The position numbers were made by a program, and so were the translations under genes. 64,000 nt of DNA from Actinomycetes bacterium. Lineage in GTDB: Bacteria > Actinomycetota > Acidimicrobiia > Spongiisociales > JAHEDJ01. Where the stretch lies: contig JAHEDK010000002.1 in NCBI GenBank assembly GCA_024641245.1, positions 167,136-231,135 on the forward strand, in the 5' to 3' direction. Below are positions 1-9,054 of the stretch, piece by piece. Position 1 is the first letter of the stretch. Each line of letters opens with the position of its first letter. Below the pieces are notes generated by a model that saw only the letters and a list, made by a program, of their open reading frames with translations, ran no database searches and had not been told where the DNA came from.

Positions 1-816
1 GACGCCACACAGGTCGACATCGCTTTCATGGCGGAGTTGCAGCGCGACAACCGCAACCTCGGTGCGGAAGAGGTAACCCCGGCACTGCTGGCAATCCCCA
101 CCGACAAGCCACTCGTTGGAGATGCACAACACATCCTCAACGATTGGGCAACCATCGACGCCTACCAGCAGAGCGCTGATCTCCCGGGCGCCGCCTTGTA
201 TGCCGCGATATGGAGGAACGTGCTCCGGCTCACCTTCCACGACGAGATGCCGGAACGGTTCTGGCCAGACGGAGGCAGTCGCTGGTTCGAAGTGGTCAAC
301 AGCTTGCTCCGGCAACCGGCCAATGCCTGGTGGGACATAGCCTCCACCTCAGATGTGGAGGGTCGAGATGAGATCCTCGAGTTCGCCATCATCGCCGCGA
401 TGAACGAGTTGCGCGACGAACTCGGTGACGACCCGACTGAATGGCGATGGGGCGACCTGCACGAAGCGACCTTCCGGAATGCGACGTTCGGAGAGTCTGG
501 GATCCCTCCCCTGGAGTGGTTGTTCAATCGTGGCCCGTACGCAGTGGGCGGCGGCGGATCGATCGTTAACGCCACGAGTTGGAACGCCGCCGACGGCTAT
601 GAGGTCGTAGCACTGCCTTCGATGCGGATGATCGTCGATCTGTCCAACTTCGAGCGGTCGCGAACAGTCCACCCGACCGGTCAATCCGGGCACATCTACC
701 ACCCCCACTACATCGATATGGCAGAGTCATGGGTGCTCAACGACCTGCACCCGATGCATTGGGATCGCGGCTCGGTCGAAGCCGATGCGGAGGGAACGCT
801 GACGCTGAAGCCTTGA
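1..816 (+). CDS. Penicillin acylase family protein (Ntn-hydrolase), C-terminal part; 5' end outside window
   Basis: ORF runs in-frame from position 1. C-terminal motifs (MRMIVDLSNFERSRTVHPTGQSGH...YHPHYIDM) are typical of penicillin G / AHL acylase beta subunit. Confidence 0.7.
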   Translation, partial: DATQVDIAFMAELQRDNRNLGAEEVTPALLAIPTDKPLVGDAQHILNDWATIDAYQQSADLPGAALYAAIWRNVLRLTFHDEMPERFWPDGGSRWFEVVNSLLRQPANAWWDIASTSDVEGRDEILEFAIIAAMNELRDELGDDPTEWRWGDLHEATFRNATFGESGIPPLEWLFNRGPYAVGGGGSIVNATSWNAADGYEVVALPSMRMIVDLSNFERSRTVHPTGQSGHIYHPHYIDMAESWVLNDLHPMHWDRGSVEADAEGTLTLKP

Positions 817-875
817 GAGCAGTAGGCAGTAGGCAATAGGCAACGGGTGTCTGGTGGATACGCGATACTGGGTGC

Positions 876-1748
876 GTGCGCGAGTACGAATCACCGAAGC
901 CGGCGGAACAGGAATACGGCACCTCGGACCTAGCCGACCGCCTCGACGCGATGAACATGGAGTCGGTCGAGCGGGTATTGCGGCGCGCGATACAGCTTCA
1001 GTTCGACGACGAGCACGGCCCGGACACGCTCAGTCCAGAACACATCGAGCGCATCGCCGGGGAGATCGGCATCGACCCTGCCCACGTCCGCCGGGCTCTC
1101 TTCGAAGAGGCCACCGCCTCCGAGCAAGTCGAAATGACACCTCTCGATCGGTTCCTGGCCCCGGTGCGCATGAAGGAACGCACCATGGTCGTGGGCGACC
1201 TCGCTGAGGTCACCAACACGGTCGACACCTGGCTCGAGAAGCACGAGGGGCTCCAGAAGCGGCGCCTGCACGGACGCGGGATCGTCTGGGAGAAGGATCC
1301 GTCGCCGGTCGCCTCGATTCGCATGGGACTCCACCTCGGCAAGGGCAGCGGAGCCTTGCGGGCGGTCGGACCGGTGACCCATCACGTTCACAGCGTCGAG
1401 CCCGGGAAGCATCTCGTCACGCTCGAAGCCGACACGAGCATCATCGGGAAGACTGCCAAAGGCCTCCTGGCGGCCGGCGCCGGATTGTCGGTTGTGCTGG
1501 CACTGGTGCTCGGCATCATGGGTGCCGGATGGGCCGCGCTTGGCGGCGCGGCGGTGGCGCTCGCCGTGTTCGGTGGCATAGCGGTCACCACGGCCAGACT
1601 GTGGTCCGGTCGCGTTCGCAACGGGCTCAAGCGTGCCCTCGACGCGATTCGCCTGCCGGACGTCAATCGTGTTCACGAATCGATCCTCGATCGGATCGAA
1701 CGGGCGCTCTCCACCGTTCGAGGGCGCGACACTCGCTCCAGGTATTGA
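876..1748 (+). CDS. Hypothetical protein with C-terminal transmembrane segments
   Basis: 290-aa ORF with GC3-rich codon usage and two predicted TM helices near the C-terminus. No recognisable family. Start uncertain: GTG at 876 or internal ATGs. Confidence 0.4.
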   Translation: MREYESPKPAEQEYGTSDLADRLDAMNMESVERVLRRAIQLQFDDEHGPDTLSPEHIERIAGEIGIDPAHVRRALFEEATASEQVEMTPLDRFLAPVRMKERTMVVGDLAEVTNTVDTWLEKHEGLQKRRLHGRGIVWEKDPSPVASIRMGLHLGKGSGALRAVGPVTHHVHSVEPGKHLVTLEADTSIIGKTAKGLLAAGAGLSVVLALVLGIMGAGWAALGGAAVALAVFGGIAVTTARLWSGRVRNGLKRALDAIRLPDVNRVHESILDRIERALSTVRGRDTRSRY

Positions 1749-1795
1749 GACCGAATCAGGCGGCGTACCATGGTGATAACAGAAAGGTCGTCGCC

Positions 1796-1876
1796 GTGAA
1801 GAAGCTACTCATCATCCTCGTCATAGGCGCCATCATTGCCCTCGTCATCAAGAAGGGCTGCGCCGACTCCACCTAG
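1796..1876 (+). CDS. Possible 26-aa hydrophobic micro-protein (VKKLLIILVIGAIIALVIKKGCADST)
   Basis: GTG preceded by AGAAAGG about 9 nt upstream. The product is a single TM-like helix. Speculative. Confidence 0.2.
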   Translation: MKKLLIILVIGAIIALVIKKGCADST

Positions 1877-2032
1877 CAGGGCTGCGAGGGAGACGCACGA
1901 GGTAACCGGCTCGAGTTCAGGAGACCGAGCATCGGGTTCTCACTGAGGTTCCGTGGAAGCCTGTTCACCACAACGTTGCCGGTCGAAGCACCGACCGGAA
2001 TCTCTCGAGACAGATGTGGGTTGACTCCCGAC

Positions 2033-2545
2033 ATGGACGAAAAGACACTTGCGGACTTCCGCCGCTCAAGAGACGAGTTCCTCGGCTCGAGCCGTCGGTC
2101 ACCCCTCCCTCGCCACCTGCGTCGTGACTTTGGCGGCCTGGACTACTTCGAGGGCAACGGTGCACTCGACCTCCATCTCGACTACCACCCGGTGGAGCCG
2201 ACTCCGGTCGAGATAGGAACATCGGACGGACACGTTCGTACGTACTATCGAGCTGCCAAGCTCAGCTTCAACATCGAAGGTGAGCCGGTCGAATTGACTG
2301 CGCTGCGCTCGCCCGGCCATCCCGGCCTATTCCTACCCTTCAGGGACGCTACCTCGGGTAGCGAGAGCTACGGGGCCGGACGCTACCTGGACCTCGAAGA
2401 CCCTGTCGACGGAAAGCTCCACGTCGACTTCAACCTGGCATACAACCCCTACTGCGCCTACTCAGATGACTACTCCTGCGCACTTCCACCCCATGAGAAC
2501 TGGCTGACGGTGCCCATCCGAGCCGGGGAGAGAAGCTTCAAGTAG
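2033..2545 (+). CDS. DUF1684 domain protein
   Basis: C-terminal YNPYCAY...CALPP motif and overall pattern typical of DUF1684. Start set at the internal ATG (MDEKTLADF). Confidence 0.65.
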   Translation: MDEKTLADFRRSRDEFLGSSRRSPLPRHLRRDFGGLDYFEGNGALDLHLDYHPVEPTPVEIGTSDGHVRTYYRAAKLSFNIEGEPVELTALRSPGHPGLFLPFRDATSGSESYGAGRYLDLEDPVDGKLHVDFNLAYNPYCAYSDDYSCALPPHENWLTVPIRAGERSFK

Positions 2546-2718
2546 TGAAGCCACCTGCCATGTAGAGGGATATGAAGCAGAACAACGGCCGCGCCATACG
2601 TGACACGTGAGGGAATTCAACCGCATCACAACGCTGTCCGCGAAGTGATGGTGCTGGCGTGACCAACCCCCGCCGGAAAGCGTAGGGTGAATCGCGTCAC
2701 ACCTTGAGGAGGTAGACC

Positions 2719-3357
2719 ATGGTCACGTCTTCCGAGCCCTTCGCTGCTCGCCTGGACATCGACTACCCCGAAACGCTCGACAGGTTCACGACGTTCTTCC
2801 GGCTGATCTGGATCATCCCGATCGGTATCATCCTTTCCCTGCTCACCGCAACCGGCAACGAAACCGTGGCCGAGACCGGCGAACACATCGAACGGACGGG
2901 CCTCGGTATCACCGGAGGGCTCGCTCTCGCAACGATGCTGATGATCGTGTTTCGGATGCGGTACCCACGCTGGTGGTTTGACTTCGCTCGCGAGCTGACC
3001 CGCTTCGGAGCGCGGGTCGCTGCCTATTTCTTCTTGCTCACCGATCAGTACCCCTCGACCGTTGACGAGCAAGCGGTGCACCTCGAGATCGATTACCCCG
3101 ACGCGGAGCGAGACCTCAATCGCTGGCTGCCACTGGTGAAGTGGCTGCTGGCCATCCCCCACTACATCGTGCTCGCCGTACTGGCAGCCATCGGGATGGT
3201 CGTCTGGGTCATTGCCTGGTTCGCCATCCTCTTCACGGGACGCTATCCCCGCCCGCTCTTCGACTATCTGGTGGGCGTCGGCCGATGGGGACTGCGAGTG
3301 GAGGCGTACGCGTTCCTGCTGGTTACCGACGAATATCCGCCGTTCAGCCTCAAATAG
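2719..3357 (+). CDS. DUF4389 domain membrane protein
   Basis: RLIWIIPIGIIL and WLLAIPHYIVLAVL hydrophobic repeats. GAGGAGG Shine-Dalgarno just upstream of the ATG. Confidence 0.65.
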   Translation: MVTSSEPFAARLDIDYPETLDRFTTFFRLIWIIPIGIILSLLTATGNETVAETGEHIERTGLGITGGLALATMLMIVFRMRYPRWWFDFARELTRFGARVAAYFFLLTDQYPSTVDEQAVHLEIDYPDAERDLNRWLPLVKWLLAIPHYIVLAVLAAIGMVVWVIAWFAILFTGRYPRPLFDYLVGVGRWGLRVEAYAFLLVTDEYPPFSLK

Positions 3358-4285
3358 GCCGTATCTCGCCCCTGTCGCGCCCGAGGAAGGCCTCAATGGC
3401 TCTGATCATGTGACCGGCATGCGTGAGGGGAGCTTCATGGCGAGCTCCGACCAGTTCCACCACCTCTGGATCGCGCAGCAGCGAGGCCAGTTCGTACTGG
3501 ATTTCGGGAAACATCAATTGATCCTCGGTGTTGATTATCACCAGGGCGGGTTGTTCCAGTTTGCCGATCCATGGGCGTGCATCGAAGCGGTTGACGGCTG
3601 CGCCTGCCAGCCAGTAGAGGTCGGGGTCCCGGTTCTGAAACTGCCAGTAGGCCCAGCGCAAGTGCCTGGGAAGCACCGCCCCGACGTTCGCAAGGTAGGC
3701 GGTTCTCGCCCGGGTGCCTTCGGACCTGCTGAGGCGATCGAAGGCCCTGGCCAGCACGATGACTCCCCCTCCCACGAATCGCTCGGCCGCCGAACGAGCA
3801 GGCCCGGCAGACGTGCCGGCCAGGATCAGCTTGTCGACTCGCTGTGGATGCCGGTGGGCCAGTTCGAGGGCGGCCAGTCCGCCCATCGAGTACCCGGCAA
3901 CGGAGGCCTGGTCGATTCCCAGCGCGGTCATGATGCCGGCCAGATCGTCGGCGAGGTCGGCGATCTCATAACGGGCTCGCAACAGATCCGACTTCCCGGT
4001 GTTCCGGCCGTCCGGCACGATCACCCGGTAGTTCTTGGCGAGCCTGCCGATCAACTTCCACCACACGACGAGACCATGATCCCCCCAGCCGTGGACGAGC
4101 ACCAGCGGCGGAGCTACCGGGTTGCCGGCCTCCCGAACGAAGAACTCATTGTCGCCGACGAACACAGACCGCCCGGGCAGGCGGAGCGGGTGTTCTTGCG
4201 CTTCGGCCGGTTTGAGTTGTGGCTCGGGGCCCAGAAGTCTCCAACCGGCCCACAACAAGATGAGCCGCTTCATCCAGCGCATCAT
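3350..4285 (-). CDS. Alpha/beta hydrolase fold protein
   Basis: HGWGD oxyanion motif, GYSMGG nucleophile elbow and a C-terminal His. Start overlaps the stop of the upstream gene (ATGA). Confidence 0.75.
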   Translation of the reverse strand: MMRWMKRLILLWAGWRLLGPEPQLKPAEAQEHPLRLPGRSVFVGDNEFFVREAGNPVAPPLVLVHGWGDHGLVVWWKLIGRLAKNYRVIVPDGRNTGKSDLLRARYEIADLADDLAGIMTALGIDQASVAGYSMGGLAALELAHRHPQRVDKLILAGTSAGPARSAAERFVGGGVIVLARAFDRLSRSEGTRARTAYLANVGAVLPRHLRWAYWQFQNRDPDLYWLAGAAVNRFDARPWIGKLEQPALVIINTEDQLMFPEIQYELASLLRDPEVVELVGARHEAPLTHAGHMIRAIEAFLGRDRGEIRPI

Positions 4286-4731
4286 CGTGGCCCGCCCAGC
4301 GCGTCGCGGGCAAACACGTACTCATCCACAGGCCGGCCTTCAATCAGGTGCTCCTGGATGATCCGTTCCATGACCTCGGTCGTGACCGACCGGTACCAGA
4401 CGCCATCCGGATAGACGACGGCGATGGGTCCTTGCTCACAGATGCGGAAGCAGTCGGCCTTGGTCCTCAGCGCCACGGCCCCCCCGTCGATTCTTCCGAC
4501 CGGGGGCGGTTCGCCCATCGACCCCCGCCACGGGGGAGGCGCACTCGCCAACTCCAGGTCCTTCATGCGCCGCTTCACGTACTCCCATACCCTCGATGAC
4601 TCCTCATACGTCGAGCAGCGCGGCGTCGTCTGTTCTGCGCACAGGAACAAGTGGCGGCGCAAACCGCCGATGGATAGTGCCGAGGCGATCTTCTGCAGCC
4701 GTTCGTCGAGATGAAGCGGTCGGTCACTCAT
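4282..4731 (-). CDS. Thioredoxin-like [2Fe-2S] ferredoxin family protein
   Basis: Cys pattern [13 protein letters not shown] ... [20 protein letters not shown] matches (2Fe-2S) ferredoxin / NuoE-like thioredoxin fold. Confidence 0.55.
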   Translation of the reverse strand: MSDRPLHLDERLQKIASALSIGGLRRHLFLCAEQTTPRCSTYEESSRVWEYVKRRMKDLELASAPPPWRGSMGEPPPVGRIDGGAVALRTKADCFRICEQGPIAVVYPDGVWYRSVTTEVMERIIQEHLIEGRPVDEYVFARDALGGPR

Positions 4732-4859
4732 GAGCCGTTCACGATACCGGGTTGACGGCGGGGCCTCGCCGGGTCTTGATGAAAAGCCGAGCGACTGACG
4801 GAGACGGTCGCGATCCGACCCGGCCGACTGCGCGGCCGATCGGTCTGATCGCAGCCCCT

Positions 4860-5906
4860 TCAGCTCAGGAGGCGGATGCCCGCTCCGGCCACGATTGACC
4901 CGATCACGGCCGCCGCTTCGGTCCGTTCGGCCTCGAGGGCAGCGAGAAGGAAGTCCAGACGATCGGGGTGGACCGAGATCAGCAGACCTCCCGACGTCTG
5001 TGCGTCGGCGAGTACATCTCTGAGTGGTGACCCGACGTCGCCGAAATCCACGTGATCGATCACGGCGGACATATTCCGTATGGACCCACCCGGCAGGATG
5101 CCCTGGGTGGCGAGGTCGAGCACCCCTTCGATCAGTGGAACCGAGGCGGCGTGGACCTCGGCGCCCACTTCCGCCGCCGATACCATCTCATGCAGATGGC
5201 CGAGCAGTCCGAAGCCGGTGACGTCCGTAGCCGCGTTGACCCCGACCGACGTCATGGCTCGGGCGGCCCCTTCATTGAGGGCGGCCATCACTTCGATGGC
5301 CCGCCTCTCCACCCCGGGATCCACACGGCCGTTCTTGATCGCTGTGGCGATGATGCCGGTACCCAGCGGTTTGGTCAGGACGAGTACATCGCCGGGTTGG
5401 GAGCCGGAGTTGGTGACGAGGCGGTCGGGCTCCACGATCCCGGTGATGGCAAAGCCGTACTTCGGTTCCGGATCGTCGATCGAGTGACCACCGACGAGCG
5501 TGCACCCCGCCAGTTCGAGCACAGCCGCGCCGCCGGCGATCACCTCTTCGAGCAAGTCGAAAGGCAGCGTGTCACGGGGCCATCCGACCAGCTGCAGGGC
5601 GGTGAGCGGAGTCCCTCCCATCGCGTACACGTCGGATAGGGCGTTGGCAGCCGCAATACGGCCCCAATCGTAAGGATCATCGACAACCGGGGTGAAGAAG
5701 TCGACCGTCTGGACGAGAGCCGTACCGCCGGGCTCGACGAACACGGCCGCATCGTCACTGGTCTCGAAGCCGACCAGGAGGTCCGGATGACGGGTGACCG
5801 GTGAGTTGCGCAAACGGCGCAGGACCTGCGCCAGCTCGTCAGAACCGAGCTTGCACGCTCAGCCGCTTCCGTGTGAGTACTGGGTCAGACGCGGTTTCAA
5901 GTCCAT
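4860..5906 (-). CDS. selD: Selenide, water dikinase (selenophosphate synthetase) with in-frame UGA selenocysteine codon at 5859-5861
   Basis: The track ORF (4860..5813) lacks the SelD N-terminus. Extending upstream in the same frame gives ATG 5906 (AGGAGG SD) - [15 protein letters not shown]-[TGA]-ACKLGSDEL..., i.e. the conserved SelD GxG(C/U)xxK active site with UGA in the Cys/Sec position. A stem-loop (AGCUCG-GUUCUGA-CGAGCU) follows 11 nt after the UGA. Confidence 0.8.
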
Positions 5907-6067
5907 CTTGGGCACCTCCTTCCTGGTCGCGAGCTGCTGGTCGCTCGTCAAGATGCCAGTTTGGCACGGCCCGGGAATACGGATGCCGTTTGCCTCTGGT
6001 CCCACTCGCTCGGTCTTGAGAAGCTGATCAGGTCATGTCGCCTTTTTCACGCGCTCGAGGCTCTCTC

Positions 6068-6553
6068 ATGGTGAAGGGAGAGTTGCAGGTGCAGGCAGAT
6101 GACGAGCAAGCCTTCACTCGTTTCGTCAAAGAGACGGAACCGCGGCTCTCCTATGCGCTGGCCGCCGCCTACGGGCCGGAGGTCGGCGCGGATGCAACCG
6201 CGGACGCCCTCACCTATGCGTGGGAGAACTGGGACAAGGTTCGGGTCATGAACAATCCAGCCGGCTATCTCTACCGGGTCGGCCAGAGCCGCTCTCGAAT
6301 CTACAGACGGCCACACCTGCTGTTTCCGGGCGTGGCGCCGTTGGAAATTCACGATGTGGAACCCGGACTACCCGGCGCACTCGAGTCCCTCACCCGCAAC
6401 CAGCGGGTGGCGGTAGTACTACTCAACGCACTCGAATGGACCGAGAACGAGGCCGCCGAGTTCCTCGGGGTCTCCCGTTCGACCGTTCGCACCCATGCAG
6501 AACGTGGAATGAACCGGCTGCGTGCCGCCCTGGAGGTGACCGTCGATGCCTGA
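6068..6553 (+). CDS. RNA polymerase sigma-70 factor, ECF subfamily
   Basis: Region 2 (AYGPEVGADATADALTYAW) and region 4 HTH (NQRVAVVLLNALEWTENEAAEFLGVSRSTVRTHAERG). Possible earlier start at 6035. Confidence 0.8.
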   Translation: MVKGELQVQADDEQAFTRFVKETEPRLSYALAAAYGPEVGADATADALTYAWENWDKVRVMNNPAGYLYRVGQSRSRIYRRPHLLFPGVAPLEIHDVEPGLPGALESLTRNQRVAVVLLNALEWTENEAAEFLGVSRSTVRTHAERGMNRLRAALEVTVDA

Positions 6554-7433
6554 CGTCGAAGTTCAACTGCGCACGTACTTCGATTCGAACGTCGAACGAA
6601 TCGACGCCGAAGATGTGGTAGCCGGAACTCGAGTCACCAGTCAGCTGAAGCGCTGGGACGTCCGGGCACGACACCCAATCCGGGTCGCTTCCGCATCTGC
6701 CGTGTTGATGACGGCCGCTATCGGCGCAGTCGCCGTCGGAGCCTGGGCGCTCGGGCGAGGGGGAAGCCGGATTGGAGAGGCCGTTACCACCCCCACTGCT
6801 GCACAACCGTTCGACACCATCGTCTGGCCCATATCGCTGATTGCCGCAGGCGTGGCGATTGCCGCGGCCGTTGTACTGATGACGAAGATGAGAAAGGGAA
6901 ACTCCATGGATACTCTGGAACGCCAAACACCCGAGGTGCGCATCGAGCACCTCCGCAAATCGAATCGCGGCCTGATAATCGCGCTGGTCGTGACAGTGCT
7001 GGCCCTGGCCGGCCTGGGCGGCTGGGTATTGTTCGACAAGGTGCTCGACACCGGCATCGAAGCCGACGTCCAGGCGCTGCTGGACGAGTTCCTCGCCAAC
7101 GCCAACGCGGGCGATCTCGAGGCGAACACCGATCTGTTCACATCCAGGGCGGCCTACATCGAGGGAGACGGCACCGTCTACCCGGCGCAGGACATCCCCG
7201 CGCACTGGGCAGACCTCGAAAGCCGCCTCGGGCAGTTCACCGGTGAGCAACTCGGTGATCCGCTGATCATCGAGGATCCCGATGCCAATCGCTACTTCGT
7301 TTCCATGCCGGGACAAGTCGGCTGGGGACGGGATCCCTACTTCAAGCACTTCCTGACGTTCGTCCTCACCGAGGTCGATGGGGAACTGAAGATCATCAGC
7401 CAGATGGTCAGTCCCCTCGACAACTGGCGCTAA
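6546..7433 (+). CDS. Putative membrane anti-sigma factor with C-terminal SnoaL/NTF2-like domain
   Basis: Start overlaps the sigma factor stop (ATGCCTGA). Three predicted TM helices, then a soluble C-terminal domain. Pairing with the ECF sigma is by position. Confidence 0.45.
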   Translation: MPDVEVQLRTYFDSNVERIDAEDVVAGTRVTSQLKRWDVRARHPIRVASASAVLMTAAIGAVAVGAWALGRGGSRIGEAVTTPTAAQPFDTIVWPISLIAAGVAIAAAVVLMTKMRKGNSMDTLERQTPEVRIEHLRKSNRGLIIALVVTVLALAGLGGWVLFDKVLDTGIEADVQALLDEFLANANAGDLEANTDLFTSRAAYIEGDGTVYPAQDIPAHWADLESRLGQFTGEQLGDPLIIEDPDANRYFVSMPGQVGWGRDPYFKHFLTFVLTEVDGELKIISQMVSPLDNWR

Positions 7434-7441
7434 TCCGTCCA

Positions 7442-7471
7442 GAGCCCGGTGGAAGGGGGTCCACCGGGCTC
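7442..7471 (+). terminator. Perfect 12-bp stem hairpin (GAGCCCGGTGGA-AGGGGG-TCCACCGGGCTC) 9 nt after the anti-sigma stop
   Basis: Read directly from sequence. GC-rich stem without a clear U-tract, between convergent genes. Confidence 0.4.
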
Positions 7472-7525
7472 TTCTCGTTCTTGCGTCAGAGCCAGGCGCC
7501 ACGCGCCCAGAATTGACGCAAGAAC
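7471..7525. repeat. REP-like palindromic element (GTTCTTGCGTCAG - 25 nt - TGACGCAAGAAC)
   Basis: Inverted-repeat arms share the core TTCTTGCGTCA also found at 51746-51794 and 52754-52872. 19 nt (CTTCTCGTTCTTGCGTCAG) are identical to 52818-52836. Confidence 0.5.
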
Positions 7526-7538
7526 GGTTAGGCGAGAG

Positions 7539-8435
7539 TCACCGGCCGGCGTCGAGCGGCACCTCCACCTCCGCTACCCCCCTCAGCTGAACCGACGCCA
7601 CCGCTCCCACGATCAGGACCATGCCGGCAATCTGAACAGAGGCCATCTTCTGGGCAAACATCATCCAGGCGGCGACGGCACCGATGACGGGTTCGGCCGT
7701 TGCGATGACGCCGACGAAGCCGGCGGAAGCTCGCCGCAATGCCTGGAGTTCGAGCATGAAGGGAATCGCCGTTCCGATGATGCCCAACCACGCCAACTCG
7801 ACCCAGACCCTCGGCGACAGGTCGGTCGGAAAGGACCACACCGGCTGAATTCCGGCCCACATCAGCGCCGAAATGGCGAACCCGTAGGCCATGATGCCTG
7901 ACGGCGGCATCGTTTGGCCGAGCCTCTCACCGATAATCAGATACGCGGCGAACGTCAGCGCTGCTGCCAACCCGGCCCCGACGCCGATGAGGTCGATGTC
8001 GGACACCCGCCACACCTCGGCAATGAGACCGGTCCCGATCAGCGCCACGTATGCCGCCCACCAGGTCGACCGACGAATGACTCTTCGTTCAACCCATCTC
8101 ATCCACAACAACACAACGATCGGCGCCAGGAACTGAAGTGTCATACCGGGCCCCACGCCGATGCGGTCGACCGCCTCGTAGTAAGCCGCGTTCACCGCCG
8201 TGAGACTCGCCCCGAACAGAAGCAACAGGGTCCACGAGGCTCGTGCATCCAGCTTTCCCCGAAACCACGCGTACGGCAGCAGTACGACAACGGCCACCAT
8301 CGCCCTCGACTGGGCTGCCCTCGCCGCGCTGATTTCGACGAGGGCGTCGCTGGCGATCGCACCGCTCACGCCGAAGAGCAGCGCGGCGGTAAACGCGTAC
8401 GCAAAGGCCGAACCTCGGATGTTTGTCTCGTGCAC
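7539..8435 (-). CDS. EamA/DMT family transporter
   Basis: Ten predicted TM helices in two halves typical of EamA. Start moved to internal GTG (VHETNIRGSAFAYAF) because the track ATG overlaps the divergent greA start. Confidence 0.7.
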   Translation of the reverse strand: MHETNIRGSAFAYAFTAALLFGVSGAIASDALVEISAARAAQSRAMVAVVVLLPYAWFRGKLDARASWTLLLLFGASLTAVNAAYYEAVDRIGVGPGMTLQFLAPIVVLLWMRWVERRVIRRSTWWAAYVALIGTGLIAEVWRVSDIDLIGVGAGLAAALTFAAYLIIGERLGQTMPPSGIMAYGFAISALMWAGIQPVWSFPTDLSPRVWVELAWLGIIGTAIPFMLELQALRRASAGFVGVIATAEPVIGAVAAWMMFAQKMASVQIAGMVLIVGAVASVQLRGVAEVEVPLDAGR

Positions 8436-8454
8436 AGGGCTATCCTGCCCCGCC

Positions 8455-8931
8455 ATGACCGATCAGACCACTTGGCTCACTCCTGCTGCACACAAGAAAC
8501 TCCAGGAGGAGTTCGAATCCCTCACCACCGAGGGCCGCATACACATCGAAGAACGCATCGCGGAAGCCCGCTCGCACGGCGACATCCGAGAGAATGCCGA
8601 CTACGACGCGGCGAAGAACGAACAGGGGATGATGGAAGCGCGGATTCGGCAACTGCGCCACCTGCTCGACACGGCCGAGATCCGTGAAGCCGAGGACAGT
8701 GGCGTTGTGCAGGTCGGCACGATCGTCACGGTCGTCGATTCAGATGGCAGTTCGACGGAGTATTTCGTCGCGCCGACCGAGAATCGAATCCCCGGGTTTC
8801 TGCTCGCCTCACCAACCGGACCGCTCGGAAGCGCTCTACTCGGTGCCGCGATCGGCGACCAGGTCAGCTATAAGGCCCCCGGCGGAACCTTCACCGTCAC
8901 AGTGGAAGCCGTTCGACCGTTCGAAAATTGA
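8455..8931 (+). CDS. greA: Transcription elongation factor GreA
   Basis: MTDQTTWLTPAAHKKLQEEF...GDIRENADYDAAKNEQG...: the GreA N-terminal coiled-coil and FKBP-like C-domain are conserved. Confidence 0.9.
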   Translation: MTDQTTWLTPAAHKKLQEEFESLTTEGRIHIEERIAEARSHGDIRENADYDAAKNEQGMMEARIRQLRHLLDTAEIREAEDSGVVQVGTIVTVVDSDGSSTEYFVAPTENRIPGFLLASPTGPLGSALLGAAIGDQVSYKAPGGTFTVTVEAVRPFEN

Positions 8932-9054
8932 ATTACCGAGCGGTTCTAGGTTCCAACACTGCACGGAGAGATCCCCCGCCCAGGGTCAATTGCCAAGGGC
9001 CTCCTGCTGCCCGGTTAGCCTGAACCCGATCGACCCCGGCTTTGAGGCCCGCGT

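Noticed and set aside
930-1676. Long antisense ORFs overlapping clear genes (e.g. 930..1676-, 3212..4414+, 16878..18122-, 35642..36418-, 60606..61631-, 62815..63933-)
   Set aside because: Typical GC-rich frame artefacts: they overlap well-supported genes on the opposite strand and have no start context or recognisable motifs.
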